Shown: one piece after another, positions 46,892 through 56,900 of the stretch
Numbering within the stretch: position 1 is the stretch's first letter
How the letters are laid out: the number at the start of each line of letters is the position of its first letter
Source of the DNA: Lentisphaerota bacterium
Lineage (GTDB): Bacteria > Verrucomicrobiota > Kiritimatiellia > UBA8416 > JAIOPI01
Assembly: GCA_021413965.1 (NCBI GenBank)
Contig: JAIOPI010000019.1
Location: forward strand, 4,585 to 68,584
Reading direction: 5' to 3'
Length of the DNA stretch: 64,000 nucleotides
Made by a program: the position numbers and the translations under genes
Notes under the pieces: model-generated
The model's database searches: none
Seen by the model: the letters and a program-made list of their open reading frames with translations, nothing else
What the model was told of the DNA's origin: nothing

Positions 46892-47740
46892 TCATGGGGG
46901 CGACATCGGCCGCGGTGTTGGAGGGGCCGCCGCCTGCTCTGTGCCGTTGCGCACGAGGTTGCGGCGATACTGGAAATAGGCATCCCGCAAGGCGATGTAG
47001 GGATCGATGGCGGCCTGCTTGAAATCCTCGTACTCGCCCGGTCGGAGCGATGTGTGGTTCACGGTGTCATACGACTTGATGCCAGCGCGATATTCCCACT
47101 GAGGGACAAGGTAGTAGGTGGGGTCGAGAAAGAAGTCCCCGACGGAGCCGACGGTGTCGCGGGCGCAGGAGGGCCCGAAGATGGGCCAGTTCAGGTAGAT
47201 GGAAGGCCCGAGCCCATACCGTCCGAGGGTCTGTCCGAGATCTTCGTTGCGTTTCTCGAGTGCCCACCGGTGGCGGGCCGGATCGCCGAAGCCAGCCACG
47301 CCGACCGTGGTGTTGATGGCAAATCGTTCCAGTTCCACCCAGGCACCCTTGAACTCGGCTTGGAGCGTGCAACTCACCAGCCTGACGGGCGTGGCCAGGT
47401 TGGAGAAGAAATTGCGCACGCCGCGCCGCGCCGTCGACGGCAACACGTAGCCGTACCCCCGCGATACGGGCTTCAATACCCAGAAATACAGCTTGTCGTT
47501 GAAATGAAAGAAGGCCCGGTTGATGGGCTCCAGCGGATCCGAAACGGCGACCGGCAACGCTACGGGCACGACATCCGGGACCCCACCGATCCCGGGCAGC
47601 GGCGCCTCCTCCTTCGGGGCGTCCGCGATCACGGGGGGACGCGCGGTCGCGCCGGCGCCCGGCTGTGGCCCCGAGGCCGTGCTACGGCAGCCGGCACAAC
47701 TCAGCAGCGCAAGCGCGAGGCATCGACCGGCCGTTTTCAC
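46892..47740 (-). CDS. mlaA: MlaA/VacJ family outer-membrane lipoprotein
   Basis: Lipobox LLSCAGC; VacJ blocks DPLEPINRAFFHFND, NFFSNL, INTTVGVAG, GQTLGRYG. Confidence 0.8.
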   Translation of the reverse strand: MKTAGRCLALALLSCAGCRSTASGPQPGAGATARPPVIADAPKEEAPLPGIGGVPDVVPVALPVAVSDPLEPINRAFFHFNDKLYFWVLKPVSRGYGYVLPSTARRGVRNFFSNLATPVRLVSCTLQAEFKGAWVELERFAINTTVGVAGFGDPARHRWALEKRNEDLGQTLGRYGLGPSIYLNWPIFGPSCARDTVGSVGDFFLDPTYYLVPQWEYRAGIKSYDTVNHTSLRPGEYEDFKQAAIDPYIALRDAYFQYRRNLVRNGTEQAAAPPTPRPMSPP

Positions 47741-48405
47741 AGCACATCTTTCGCCGGCACCGGCGTTGCCGCCGGAGGCTCGTCCTTGGGCGCGTCCGGA
47801 ACGGGCGCACGGGAGGCGATCTTCGTCTTCAGCCGTGCGACGAGGACATCATACGAGGAGCTGCCAAGAATGGCGCCGACCTGGCTGCGATAGTTGTTCA
47901 CCAGGCTGACGCCTTCGATGCTGACGTCATAAACCAGCCATGCCGGCCCCTTCTGCAGCATGCGGTAGCTGACCGGGATGTCCGTGCCGCGGAGGGTGAC
48001 GATCGCGACATCCACCACTCCGTAGGTCCCCTCCACCTTGTCGCCCTTGTAGAGGATCTTCTCTCCCGAATAGCTTTCCACCTTGGTCATGTAGGTCTTC
48101 TCGACCAATTCGCTGAAGAGATCGGTGAACTCGGTGCGCTGCGCATCGGTCAGCTCCTTCCAGTGATTGCCGAGGGCGCTGCGGGCCATGGACGCCCAGT
48201 CGAAGCGTTCGTCCACCACCAGGTCCATCTGGGCCTGCCGCGCGCGGTCCTGTTCCGGCCCTTTCATGGCCGGGTCCTGGACAATGGCGAGAATCTTGTC
48301 CGTCGTCTGCCGGAGTTGATCCGTGGGGACCCCGGCCAGGGCGAGCGCCGGAGCGCCGCACAACAGCAACAAGGTCAACAGCGGGTGTCTGTACCATGCG
48401 TTCAT
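47737..48405 (-). CDS. mlaC: MlaC/Ttg2D periplasmic phospholipid-binding protein
   Basis: Signal peptide plus Ttg2D-like blocks and position in the operon. Confidence 0.65.
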   Translation of the reverse strand: MNAWYRHPLLTLLLLCGAPALALAGVPTDQLRQTTDKILAIVQDPAMKGPEQDRARQAQMDLVVDERFDWASMARSALGNHWKELTDAQRTEFTDLFSELVEKTYMTKVESYSGEKILYKGDKVEGTYGVVDVAIVTLRGTDIPVSYRMLQKGPAWLVYDVSIEGVSLVNNYRSQVGAILGSSSYDVLVARLKTKIASRAPVPDAPKDEPPAATPVPAKDVL

Positions 48406-48434
48406 CGTCGGTCCTCCTGGTTGATTGATGAGGC

Positions 48435-48878
48435 TCAAAGATCGCCGAAGGCGTACTTGCTGATCAGCGACTCGATATCGACGGCCGATTCCGTCTGTCG
48501 GATCGTCCCGCCCGCCGGGATGATGCCGTCCGCGGCGCCAGCACTGACTTGCACGTACTTCTCGCCGATCAGGCCGCTGGTCTTGATGGATACGATGGCG
48601 TCGTCGTGGATGGCCAGGCCCGGATCGATCTCCAGCACGACCTTCGCCGCATAGTCTGTGAGCGCAATGCTGACCACGTGGCCAACGTCCACGCCGGCAA
48701 CGACCACCGCGGCACCGCGCCGCAGTCCGCCGGTATCACTAAAGACAGCGGAGACTTCGTAGCCGTGCTTGCCCAGGATTGCGAGGTTCCCCAGCTTGAT
48801 CGACAAATACGCCAGGCAGAGCAGCCCGATGACCATGAAGGCCCCCACGTACAGTTCGAGATTTAATCGGCGCCTCAT
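48435..48878 (-). CDS. mlaD: MlaD (MCE-domain) inner-membrane protein
   Basis: N-terminal TM plus MCE domain. Confidence 0.75.
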   Translation of the reverse strand: MRRRLNLELYVGAFMVIGLLCLAYLSIKLGNLAILGKHGYEVSAVFSDTGGLRRGAAVVVAGVDVGHVVSIALTDYAAKVVLEIDPGLAIHDDAIVSIKTSGLIGEKYVQVSAGAADGIIPAGGTIRQTESAVDIESLISKYAFGDL

Positions 48879-49675
48879 GATGGTGTTTCCCCCTTTTCTA
48901 TCGCACCCGACTCGGCGGGGTCCGGTTCTGAAAATCGATACTCAGCTTTTGGCAGACTGCCCCGGATGAAATCCCGCACAACGCTGTCCCGGGTCGCGAA
49001 GATCTCCTTGGGGGTGCCGACGAAGCGAATGACGCCCTCGTGAAGGACCGCCACCTTCTGCACAAACCCAAACACTTCGGGAATTTCGTGGGACACGATG
49101 ATGCCGCCGAATCCGAGCCGCTTATGGGTCGCCGCGATGAGGGCGTGGATGGAGTGGACGATGATCGGGTCGAGCCCGGTGGTGGGTTCGTCGAACAGCA
49201 TGATTTCCGGCGAGCGCACCAGGGCGCGCGCGAGGGCGGCGCGCTTCGCCATCCCGCCGCTGAGCTGGGCGGGATACTTGTCTTCAGCCCCCTCCAGCCC
49301 CACTTGCTCGAGTTCACCCAGCACACGCGTCCGAATGTCCGCTTCACTCAGCCGGGTCTTCTCCCGCAGGGGAAACGCCACATTCTCAAAGACGGTCATG
49401 GAATCGAAGAGGGCGCCGTTTTGGAAGAGGAAGCCAAAGCGGCCGCGCAGGGCCGCCAACTCGCGGTGGCGCATATGGCACAGATCCTTCCCGTTGAACA
49501 CCACCCGCCCCTCATCCGGCCGCAACAGGCCGGCCACGTGTTTCAGGAACACACTCTTGCCCTCGCCGCTCGGCCCGATCAACGCCACAACGTCCTTGTC
49601 CTGGACGTCAAGTGACGCGCCCTTCAGGACCGGCACGCCGCCAAACGATTTATGCAGATTCTGAATTGCAATCAT
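48875..49675 (-). CDS. mlaF: MlaF ABC transporter ATP-binding protein
   Basis: Walker A GPSGEGKS, ABC signature LSGGMAKR, Walker B MLFDEP. Confidence 0.85.
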   Translation of the reverse strand: MIAIQNLHKSFGGVPVLKGASLDVQDKDVVALIGPSGEGKSVFLKHVAGLLRPDEGRVVFNGKDLCHMRHRELAALRGRFGFLFQNGALFDSMTVFENVAFPLREKTRLSEADIRTRVLGELEQVGLEGAEDKYPAQLSGGMAKRAALARALVRSPEIMLFDEPTTGLDPIIVHSIHALIAATHKRLGFGGIIVSHEIPEVFGFVQKVAVLHEGVIRFVGTPKEIFATRDSVVRDFIRGSLPKAEYRFSEPDPAESGAIEKGETPS

Positions 49676-49683
49676 GGCTCGCC

Positions 49684-50478
49684 TCAAAACAGGAGCGACG
49701 TCATCACGTAGTCGCACACCAGGATCAAAACCGATGACAGAACCACGGCCTGTGTCGTCGCCCGGCTCACGCCCTCCGCGCCAAATCCGGTGTAGAATCC
49801 CTTGTAGGAACAGACCCAGGCGATCAGGCCACCGAAGCCGACCGACTTGTAGAGCCCCGCGAGGACGTCCTTGACCTCAACGTAGTCCGCCATCGACCCG
49901 AAGTAGGTCCCCGCGCTGACGCCCAGCAACTTCCCCCCCACCAGGTAGCCCCCCAGAATTCCCATCACGTTGAAGATGGCCGTCAGCAGCGGCACGGACA
50001 CGAGCGCCGCGAGAAAGGGCGGAACGACGAGATAACGATGCGGGCTCAGTCCGAGCATCTCCAGTTCATCGATCTGCTCCGTAATCCGCATGATGCCCAG
50101 CCTGGCCGTGACGGCGGAGCCCGCCCGCCCCGTGACCATCAGTGCCGCCATGACGGGGCCAAGCTCCCGCAGCAGTGACAGCGCCACCATCGGGCCCAGG
50201 AAGGCCGTGGAGCCCACCCGCGAGAGCGTGTAGTACCCCTGGAACGCGATCACCATCCCCGTGAACGCGCCGGTCAACACAATCACCAGCACGGAGCCGA
50301 CACCAATGAAGTGGATTTGCTCCAGAACGCGAAACAGCTTCAATGGTGGCGCGAAGGCGTAGAACAGCGTCTGCGCCAGGAACAAGCCCATCCGTCCCAT
50401 GTCACCGACCACCGCGATGGTCATCCGTCCCATCATCCTGACGGGACGCAGAATCCCGCGGTCAGCCGGATGCTCCAT
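49684..50478 (-). CDS. mlaE: MlaE ABC transporter permease
   Basis: Five-TM MlaE-type permease starting MEHPADRG. The long upstream in-frame extension (to 50778) is likely not coding. Confidence 0.75.
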   Translation of the reverse strand: MEHPADRGILRPVRMMGRMTIAVVGDMGRMGLFLAQTLFYAFAPPLKLFRVLEQIHFIGVGSVLVIVLTGAFTGMVIAFQGYYTLSRVGSTAFLGPMVALSLLRELGPVMAALMVTGRAGSAVTARLGIMRITEQIDELEMLGLSPHRYLVVPPFLAALVSVPLLTAIFNVMGILGGYLVGGKLLGVSAGTYFGSMADYVEVKDVLAGLYKSVGFGGLIAWVCSYKGFYTGFGAEGVSRATTQAVVLSSVLILVCDYVMTSLLF

Positions 50479-50504
50479 GGGTGATGTACCTCGGTGCGGA
50501 CGAT

Positions 50505-51041
50505 TTAGAAGCGCCAGTTGACCAGAACCATGCCGGGTGCCAGTTCGTCCGGCAGCGCCGTGAACCACGCATTGGCGGGGAGGAGATTCACCAGGCCGAT
50601 CTGCACCCCGGTTTCCGCATTCTCCGCGTAGTTGACGAATCCGAATTGAAGGCCCGTCAAGTCGCCCGCATAGTTCACCAGCCCCGTCTGCAGACCCTTC
50701 ATGCGTCCGTCGGTGTAGTTCACGAACCCGTTCTGCCAGCCGAGAAAGTCGCCCTTCGTGTAGTTGACCGACGCCCACTGAACGCCCGTGTAGTTGTCTG
50801 CGTAGTTGAGTATGAACGCGAGGCTCAGGCCCTTGCTGTCACCCGTGGATCCGTTCACCAGGCCCAGGGCCAGCGCCGACTGTTGATTCTCGCCCCAAAT
50901 GTTGAGGATCAGGCCTTCCACCGTCTCGCTCCGGTCGACCAGCGCGATATCCGGCGTCAAACTGAGCTGGAGTGGTGCGTTGGCGGCGAATGTTCCGCCC
51001 GCAATCAGGGCAATTCCCAGGCAAGTCAGGAGTGTCTTCAT
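50505..51041 (-). CDS. secreted protein with five tandem ~14-aa G-[VWL]-Q-x-G-x-VNY-[AT] repeats
   Basis: Signal peptide MKTLLTCLGIALIAGGTFA. Repeats GVQWASVNYT / GWQNGFVNYT / GLQTGLVNYA / GLQFGFVNYA / GVQIGLVNLL. Confidence 0.5.
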   Translation of the reverse strand: MKTLLTCLGIALIAGGTFAANAPLQLSLTPDIALVDRSETVEGLILNIWGENQQSALALGLVNGSTGDSKGLSLAFILNYADNYTGVQWASVNYTKGDFLGWQNGFVNYTDGRMKGLQTGLVNYAGDLTGLQFGFVNYAENAETGVQIGLVNLLPANAWFTALPDELAPGMVLVNWRF

Positions 51042-51056
51042 GGCGTATCGTTCCCG

Positions 51057-51143
51057 TTATTCAATTGTCAGCATGCGGCACCCGGCCACGACACACGTCA
51101 GTATCGCAAGAAGCCAGATGCACAAGGTGGCGAGTCGGTTCAT
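51057..51143 (-). CDS. possible micro-lipoprotein (28 aa; lipobox VAGC), speculative
   Basis: MNRLATLCIWLLAILTCVVAGCRMLTIE inside a 63-aa ORF. A motif copy lies upstream. Confidence 0.2.
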   Translation of the reverse strand: MNRLATLCIWLLAILTCVVAGCRMLTIE

Positions 51144-51282
51144 CACGGCGAGTCTCCTCTCTCGTGCAGGCCCTCCGGTTCCTGGCATGCTCAACTCGTG
51201 AGGCCGCGAGCGAGTGGTCGTGTCATCGCGTCTGGTGGTGGGTTTCATGTATGCACAGCCTACGCAGGGCGGTGGTGTGTTG

Positions 51283-51303
51283 CCATGGGGTGGAACCCTA
51301 CTC
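51283..51303 (-). promoter_or_regulatory. conserved motif copy 5: CCATGGGGTGGAACCCTACTC
   Basis: See motif copy 1; upstream of the minus-strand micro-ORF / repeat-protein unit. Confidence 0.45.
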
Positions 51304-51409
51304 CGTCCATGCGCGTCCGAGCCCGGCTTGTCTCCGGGCCGTCGGCGCGGCGGGACGCCGGACGCAGGGGGCCGTGATGCCCGAGGGGAATGGACGCGGC
51401 GGATGCCGC

Positions 51410-53851
51410 TTATGGAGACCAGGTCACGCGCAGGCGGTAGAAGTCATTTGTGCCAATGCCGGCGGGGTCGAGGCAGAGGAATCGGTTGCTGGCGCTGACG
51501 TAGGCCACGTCGCCCGTGGCAAGATCCGACCAGCCGGACATGCCATGGCTGCGTTGCACGTGGTACCCAACCGCCGTTCCTGCCTGGGATTGGGTCGCGC
51601 TGCCCCAGTTGCCAACCACGGCGTCACCGCCCGGCAGCGCCTGCCATGCCACGCCGGGACGGCCGCTGCCGTCGATGGTCACCCCCGAGAGCGCAAACGC
51701 CATCGGCGCCAGCGGATCCAGGCCGAAGGCGGTCTTCACCCGGAACGGAATCCCGTCTTCGCCGGCCGCGTCAGGATTCCGGGGATCATGCGCGAATCCC
51801 GTGAACGCGTAAGCCTCGAAATCGTTCACCCCGTCACCGTTGCTGTCGGTGTAGCCGTCAACGGGACCGGCGCCCGCGGTCGTCAGATTGGCGAAGTGCT
51901 GGTACTCCCAATCGTCGCCCAGGACGTCGCCGTCCGTGTCGGCGGGGCTCAGCGTCAACACGCTGTTGCTGATGGACGTCGGCACGCTCAAGGGCATGGG
52001 GAAATAGTGATTCGTACGGACGAAGCCCGCCGTTTCCCAGTCGTCCGCCACGCGATCGCCGTCCTGGTCGAGGAACGCGCGCACGCAGTGGGTGCCGTTC
52101 GACAGCCCGGCCAGGCGGAACGCGAAGGCATTGCCGGGCCAGTGCGCGGCGTCAGCGGTGTTGGGCAGTGTGATTTGGGCTTCCGACTCGGGCGCGAAGC
52201 CGGGGCCTGCAAAGGCCTGGACAACAAACTGACCGTTGGTGGCCTTCCCGAAGTAGAACAGTGATCCGGAAATGGAATACGGGCCGTCCGGCTGGTCGGT
52301 CAGGTCGACGCGGAAGGCGCGCGCGACGGACCAGGCGCCCGTGGTTTGCGGGTTGAGCCCCCGCGCGCGCCAGTAATACGTCCCCGGCGGCAGCTGAGCA
52401 TCTCCGGCACGAACCGGCAGGCGATAGACAAAACGCCCATTCTGATCGGGATAGGGCGCCAGGAAGGTGGCGTCGATTATTTTGGCCCCAAAGTCCGCAC
52501 TGCCCGCGACCTGCACCGAGACGCGGGACGCGCCGCTCGCCCCGGACCAGCTGAGGTCGATGCCAGCCGTGGTGAACACATGGCTGTCGGCGGTGACCAG
52601 CACCGGGGCGGTCAAGGTGGGCGGATAGGTCACGGTGAACGTGCTCGAGGTGATCAATTGGTCCGAGCCGTTGACGACATGATAGGCCAGCCACTCGTAA
52701 GCGCCCTGCGGCAAACCGTTCACGCCGCTGTTCTGGAAATCCACTTCATAAAGCCACGCGCGCGGTGCCGCGATGGTGCGATTGAGCACGTTGGGCTTTC
52801 CAGGGAGGCTCGCGCTGCGGATGATGATGTGATAGGTCAGGGCGCCGTCCTGTGGCGGCCACGCAACCCGCGCGTAGCCGGGAAGCGCATAGCCGGGCTG
52901 GCTGGCATTCGGCTGCGAGTCGCTCAATTCCAGCAGGACGGGGCCCACGCGACCCCAGGCGATGCGACTGGGGCGCGCTGGCGCGAGGCCGGCCGGCTCG
53001 CCGGCGTTCCACGCCCCGTTGGTGTTGGCGTCGTAATAGGCGAAGAACCAGGCGTCACCTTCCCGCAGCCGGCCGCTGTCCCACGTGCGGATCGTCAGGC
53101 TTCGGGGGTGGGCGCCAGTCAGATTCGTCACGGTCACCGCGGCATCAGGGGCGCCATCCATCGTGGCCGCGTGGTAGGCCAATACACGGAGAGGACCGGC
53201 ATCGAGCGTGCCGCCGTAAGACACCATGAACAGCACCTCGGGCACGGGTGTTGCAGCCGCATCGGCGGGATTGCCGAGTCCGTTCGTGGCCAGGGATGTC
53301 GGATCCACGCCGCCGAGAAATTCGGACCGGTTGCGCCATCCATCGGCATCGCCGTCACAATGGGCATCGAACACGCGCGGGTCCAACATCATGGAGGCTT
53401 CCCACGCATCGCCCTGGCCGTCGAAATCGGTGTAGGCGGCACCGAAGATGCGAAAACGATTGCTGCCGGTCGAGGCCCAGTCGAAGAAATCCGAAAGACC
53501 CGTGCCCCGTGTGTCCGCGTTACGGGGATTCAGGGCGCGGCCCGTGGTGACGAGGATTTGATATTCGGCCAGATTGTTGAGTCCGTCGAGATCGGGATCG
53601 CCGAGCGCGCCGTCAACACCGGCATCGGAGGACTCGTCGAAGCCGTACGCCTGTTCCCAAGCATCGGGAAGACCATCGCCATCGGTATCCGGTTCAACCG
53701 CGGTGGTCGGCGTGGAAGACGGCGATGGGGCGGCCGCGAGCAGCGCAAGTGCGCAGAAGCCCTGTAGAAGACCGCCGCAGGCCCAGGTAGTCGCTGTCGC
53801 TCGCCAAGGCAAGACCGCCCCCTTGTCCTCCGGTTTCACAGGCCGGTGCAC
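51410..53851 (-). CDS. large secreted protein with thrombospondin type-3-like Ca-binding repeats and Ig/FN3-like beta domains
   Basis: Signal peptide, then repeated D-x-D-x-DG-x-x-D-x-x-E motifs (DTDGDGLPDAWE, DPDLDGLNNLAE, DTDGDVLGDDWE, DSNGDGVNDFEA). 813 aa. Confidence 0.55.
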   Translation of the reverse strand: MHRPVKPEDKGAVLPWRATATTWACGGLLQGFCALALLAAAPSPSSTPTTAVEPDTDGDGLPDAWEQAYGFDESSDAGVDGALGDPDLDGLNNLAEYQILVTTGRALNPRNADTRGTGLSDFFDWASTGSNRFRIFGAAYTDFDGQGDAWEASMMLDPRVFDAHCDGDADGWRNRSEFLGGVDPTSLATNGLGNPADAAATPVPEVLFMVSYGGTLDAGPLRVLAYHAATMDGAPDAAVTVTNLTGAHPRSLTIRTWDSGRLREGDAWFFAYYDANTNGAWNAGEPAGLAPARPSRIAWGRVGPVLLELSDSQPNASQPGYALPGYARVAWPPQDGALTYHIIIRSASLPGKPNVLNRTIAAPRAWLYEVDFQNSGVNGLPQGAYEWLAYHVVNGSDQLITSSTFTVTYPPTLTAPVLVTADSHVFTTAGIDLSWSGASGASRVSVQVAGSADFGAKIIDATFLAPYPDQNGRFVYRLPVRAGDAQLPPGTYYWRARGLNPQTTGAWSVARAFRVDLTDQPDGPYSISGSLFYFGKATNGQFVVQAFAGPGFAPESEAQITLPNTADAAHWPGNAFAFRLAGLSNGTHCVRAFLDQDGDRVADDWETAGFVRTNHYFPMPLSVPTSISNSVLTLSPADTDGDVLGDDWEYQHFANLTTAGAGPVDGYTDSNGDGVNDFEAYAFTGFAHDPRNPDAAGEDGIPFRVKTAFGLDPLAPMAFALSGVTIDGSGRPGVAWQALPGGDAVVGNWGSATQSQAGTAVGYHVQRSHGMSGWSDLATGDVAYVSASNRFLCLDPAGIGTNDFYRLRVTWSP

Positions 53852-53900
53852 GCATGGGGCCGGTGAGGAATCCAGATCGGGACGAATTCTGCACGGACGC

Positions 53901-56900
53901 TCAGCGCAAGTCGAGCATGCCCTGCACGTGACGGGTCTTGTCTGCCAGGGCCTCGACGCGGGTCTTCAAGCCGGCATCTGCCAGAATAGCGGTGCCCAGC
54001 CCGGTGGTCTGGAGCGGCGCGCGCGAGCCCACGCAGGCCGCCGCCATGGCGATTTCCGCGGAATCCTGGTTTTGCTTCAGGTAGGCCAGGGACTGGCGCA
54101 CGGCGGCGGGTGGCGCATCCGTCAGTAGTTTTCCGAGTGCCTGCACGACGGCCCGGGCGGCTTGGGCGTGGTGTTCGTAGGCGCGGCGCACCGCCAACTC
54201 GCGATCATTCACGAGCCGCCCGCCATCCACAACCTGTCCGGTTTTCTCGGCGTCCTGGCAGGCGACGACAAAGTTGTTGAGAAGCTTGCCTGCCTGGCAC
54301 AGCGCCAGATTCAAGTCATAGGCGTCGAGGGTGCCGCCGCCCGTGTGGTACCGCACCAAGTCATCCAGGGTGCCGATACTGCCTTCATCGGTCGGGATGA
54401 ACTGGATGTGCGCCTGCCAGCGATATTGCTCAGGGACCGCCCAGGTCGTGTTAACCGCCCCCATGCCGGAGTCCGCCCAGCCAAGAAGCACCGCCTCGAA
54501 AAGCGCCTGCTGCCCGGCGCGGGGACTCTCCTTGATCATCTTCTGACCCACCGCGCGCAACTCCTCGGCCACGCTTCCGAACTTGCTCTCGTCGAGGCCG
54601 CCGGCCGCCGCATCCGCCCAGACGCGAAGCCGCGGGTAGTCGGCCACCACGGTTTGTGATTCGAGCGCCTTCGGCACGGCCGGCAGCGTGAAGGCGATCT
54701 TGGGCTGGCTGTCCCGCTCCTTGAACCGGCGCGGGCTGTTGTCCACCGCGGGGTCCGCGACCTGGTAGAGGTACGCCAGGTAATTCTGGATCTGGGCGTT
54801 GGCGCGCTGCAAATCATTGGTGAGGGATGCCGTCAGCGATTGCATCCACGTGGCATAGAGGTTGGTGTACTGCGACGTATGCCCCGGCCATTCGAAGGAA
54901 GGGGTGGGCGCTGAGAAAAGCGTGTACAGCGCCTGCATGTCGCGGCGTTGCCAGGCCGTGGCCACCTGGTCGAGGGTCTGGCGAGTCGCCTTGGGCTTCC
55001 ACTCGCTGGCGGCCGGACCTTCCACCTGGCGGGCGTCATCGCCGATGTTCAGCGCCAGCTCGCGCGTGATGGCATCGTAATCGGGACGCATGAACTGGAA
55101 CTGCCAGGCGCCGGGCTGAAGCTTCAAGGCCTCGCCGCTGCGCACCGGCGTGAAGGTCGTTGTCCCCTTGGCCGCGTAGCGAACGCCCGCCACCGGCGGC
55201 TGCCCCGGTTCCGCCACGGCGGGGACATTCACGGTCACGCTCACCGGTGCCGTCTCGAACGCCCCGACCGCCAGCTCCGCGCCGCCGCCCGGCACGAGTG
55301 CCACGGTTTTGGTCTGAGAGACATACCCGCGCTTGCCGCTGTCCAGCCGGACGTCCACCTTGGCGCTCGCGGTGGCCGCTACGTCCAGCAACTGCTTGGT
55401 ACCGGCGGCGCACTCGCCCCACTTCTGGCTGCCGCTGTTGATCACGACCGGCTGTCCGCTCTGATTCACGACGCGCAGGCAGAAGAGCCGCTGCTGCTTG
55501 TCGAGTTCGGCCAGCATGGCCTTGCCGGGCTCCGCGAAGAGCCGCGCCGCGCCATCCGCCACCGCGCGCAGCGCCTGCAGCCGGGCTTGGCGCGTTTCCA
55601 CCGGGTCGCGCTCTGCGGCGAGCGCCTGTACCTTCGTGCCGAGCCCCGCGCCGATCTGTTGGAGGGCTTTGGCCGTTCCGGCGCCGCTCCAGATGTCCGT
55701 GTACGTCTGCTGCATGGCCGCCACGCGCGCCACGATGTTGCTCAGCGCGCGGGCGTCGGCCCCGGCGACCTCGCCCTGCACGCGCGCCAGTTCTCCCTGA
55801 AGCGCGGCCACCCGCGAGTCGCGCAATCCCGCCGTGAGCCCGTCCCGCGTGGCCCGGACCTGCTGCAGCATCGCCTGATAGTTCTCCTCGGAAAAGATGC
55901 GCGTTTCCGCGGCGCGGCGCAGGCTCTTCTCAAGGCTGTCGACCACGGCCACGCTGCCTGGCGTCGGCGTCAGTGTGCTCAGCAGGCGCCCGCAGGAATT
56001 GGTGAACGCCTCGCCGACGGTCGCCCAGAGCGGGCGAATGGATGGCGTATCCAACAGGGCACGTTCCGTGTTGGCCAGCGCGACACATTCCTCGGCGGCC
56101 TTACCCAGGCCCGCGGCGTCGGTCGCTCCGGCCAGCGTCTTGAGGGTGCCCAGGCTGGTCGTGACATGGCTGAGGCGGTCGGTGGAGGCGGCCCGCGCCT
56201 TGTCAACGTCGGCCAGCGCGGCATCCGCCGCCGCGTCGGCATGCACGGCGCGCATGGCCGTGTTCAGGGCGCGCAGCGCATCGCGATCCGCATCCCCGGC
56301 GGTCATGTCCAGCTCCTGGTAGTGACGGCGCGCGCTCTCGGTCTGGCTGCCGGTGATGCGGGTAAAGGCCCCCGCCACGGCGCTCTTGAGCCGCGCTTCC
56401 ACGGCGGGCCGATTGGTGCCGGCCGCGTCGCGCACGCCCGTGTAGTCCTTCAGCAGCGCGGTCAGCAATTCCGGCGTGGTGGCGGCCTTGGCCCGCGTCT
56501 CAATTCCGGCGATCCGATCCGCCATCACCAGCGCGCCCAGTTTGGACTCGGCCAGGGCGGCCAGGCGGTCGAATTCCGGTCCCGCCAGCGTGACCAATCC
56601 GGGCGCCGTGGTCCGCAACGCGGTCAGGGCCTTGTAGCTTTCCGGCGTGGGCGTCGTAGACTGCTGCGCGAGGTAAGCCGTGAATCGCGTTCGCAGTTGT
56701 TCCGTGACCGGCCGGAATGCGGCATCACGGTCGGCGGCGGCAATCCCGGGCCAGATCTTGCCGTTCTGCGCGTTGAGTTCGCTGGAGAGAGCCTCGAGCC
56801 CGGGCACGTCCTTGGCCGCCACGGTGACGGGGATCTTCTGTGTCAGCGCGCGCACCGTCAGCGCGAGATCCAGTTTGCCGAGCGCGGCCGCCATGGCGGC

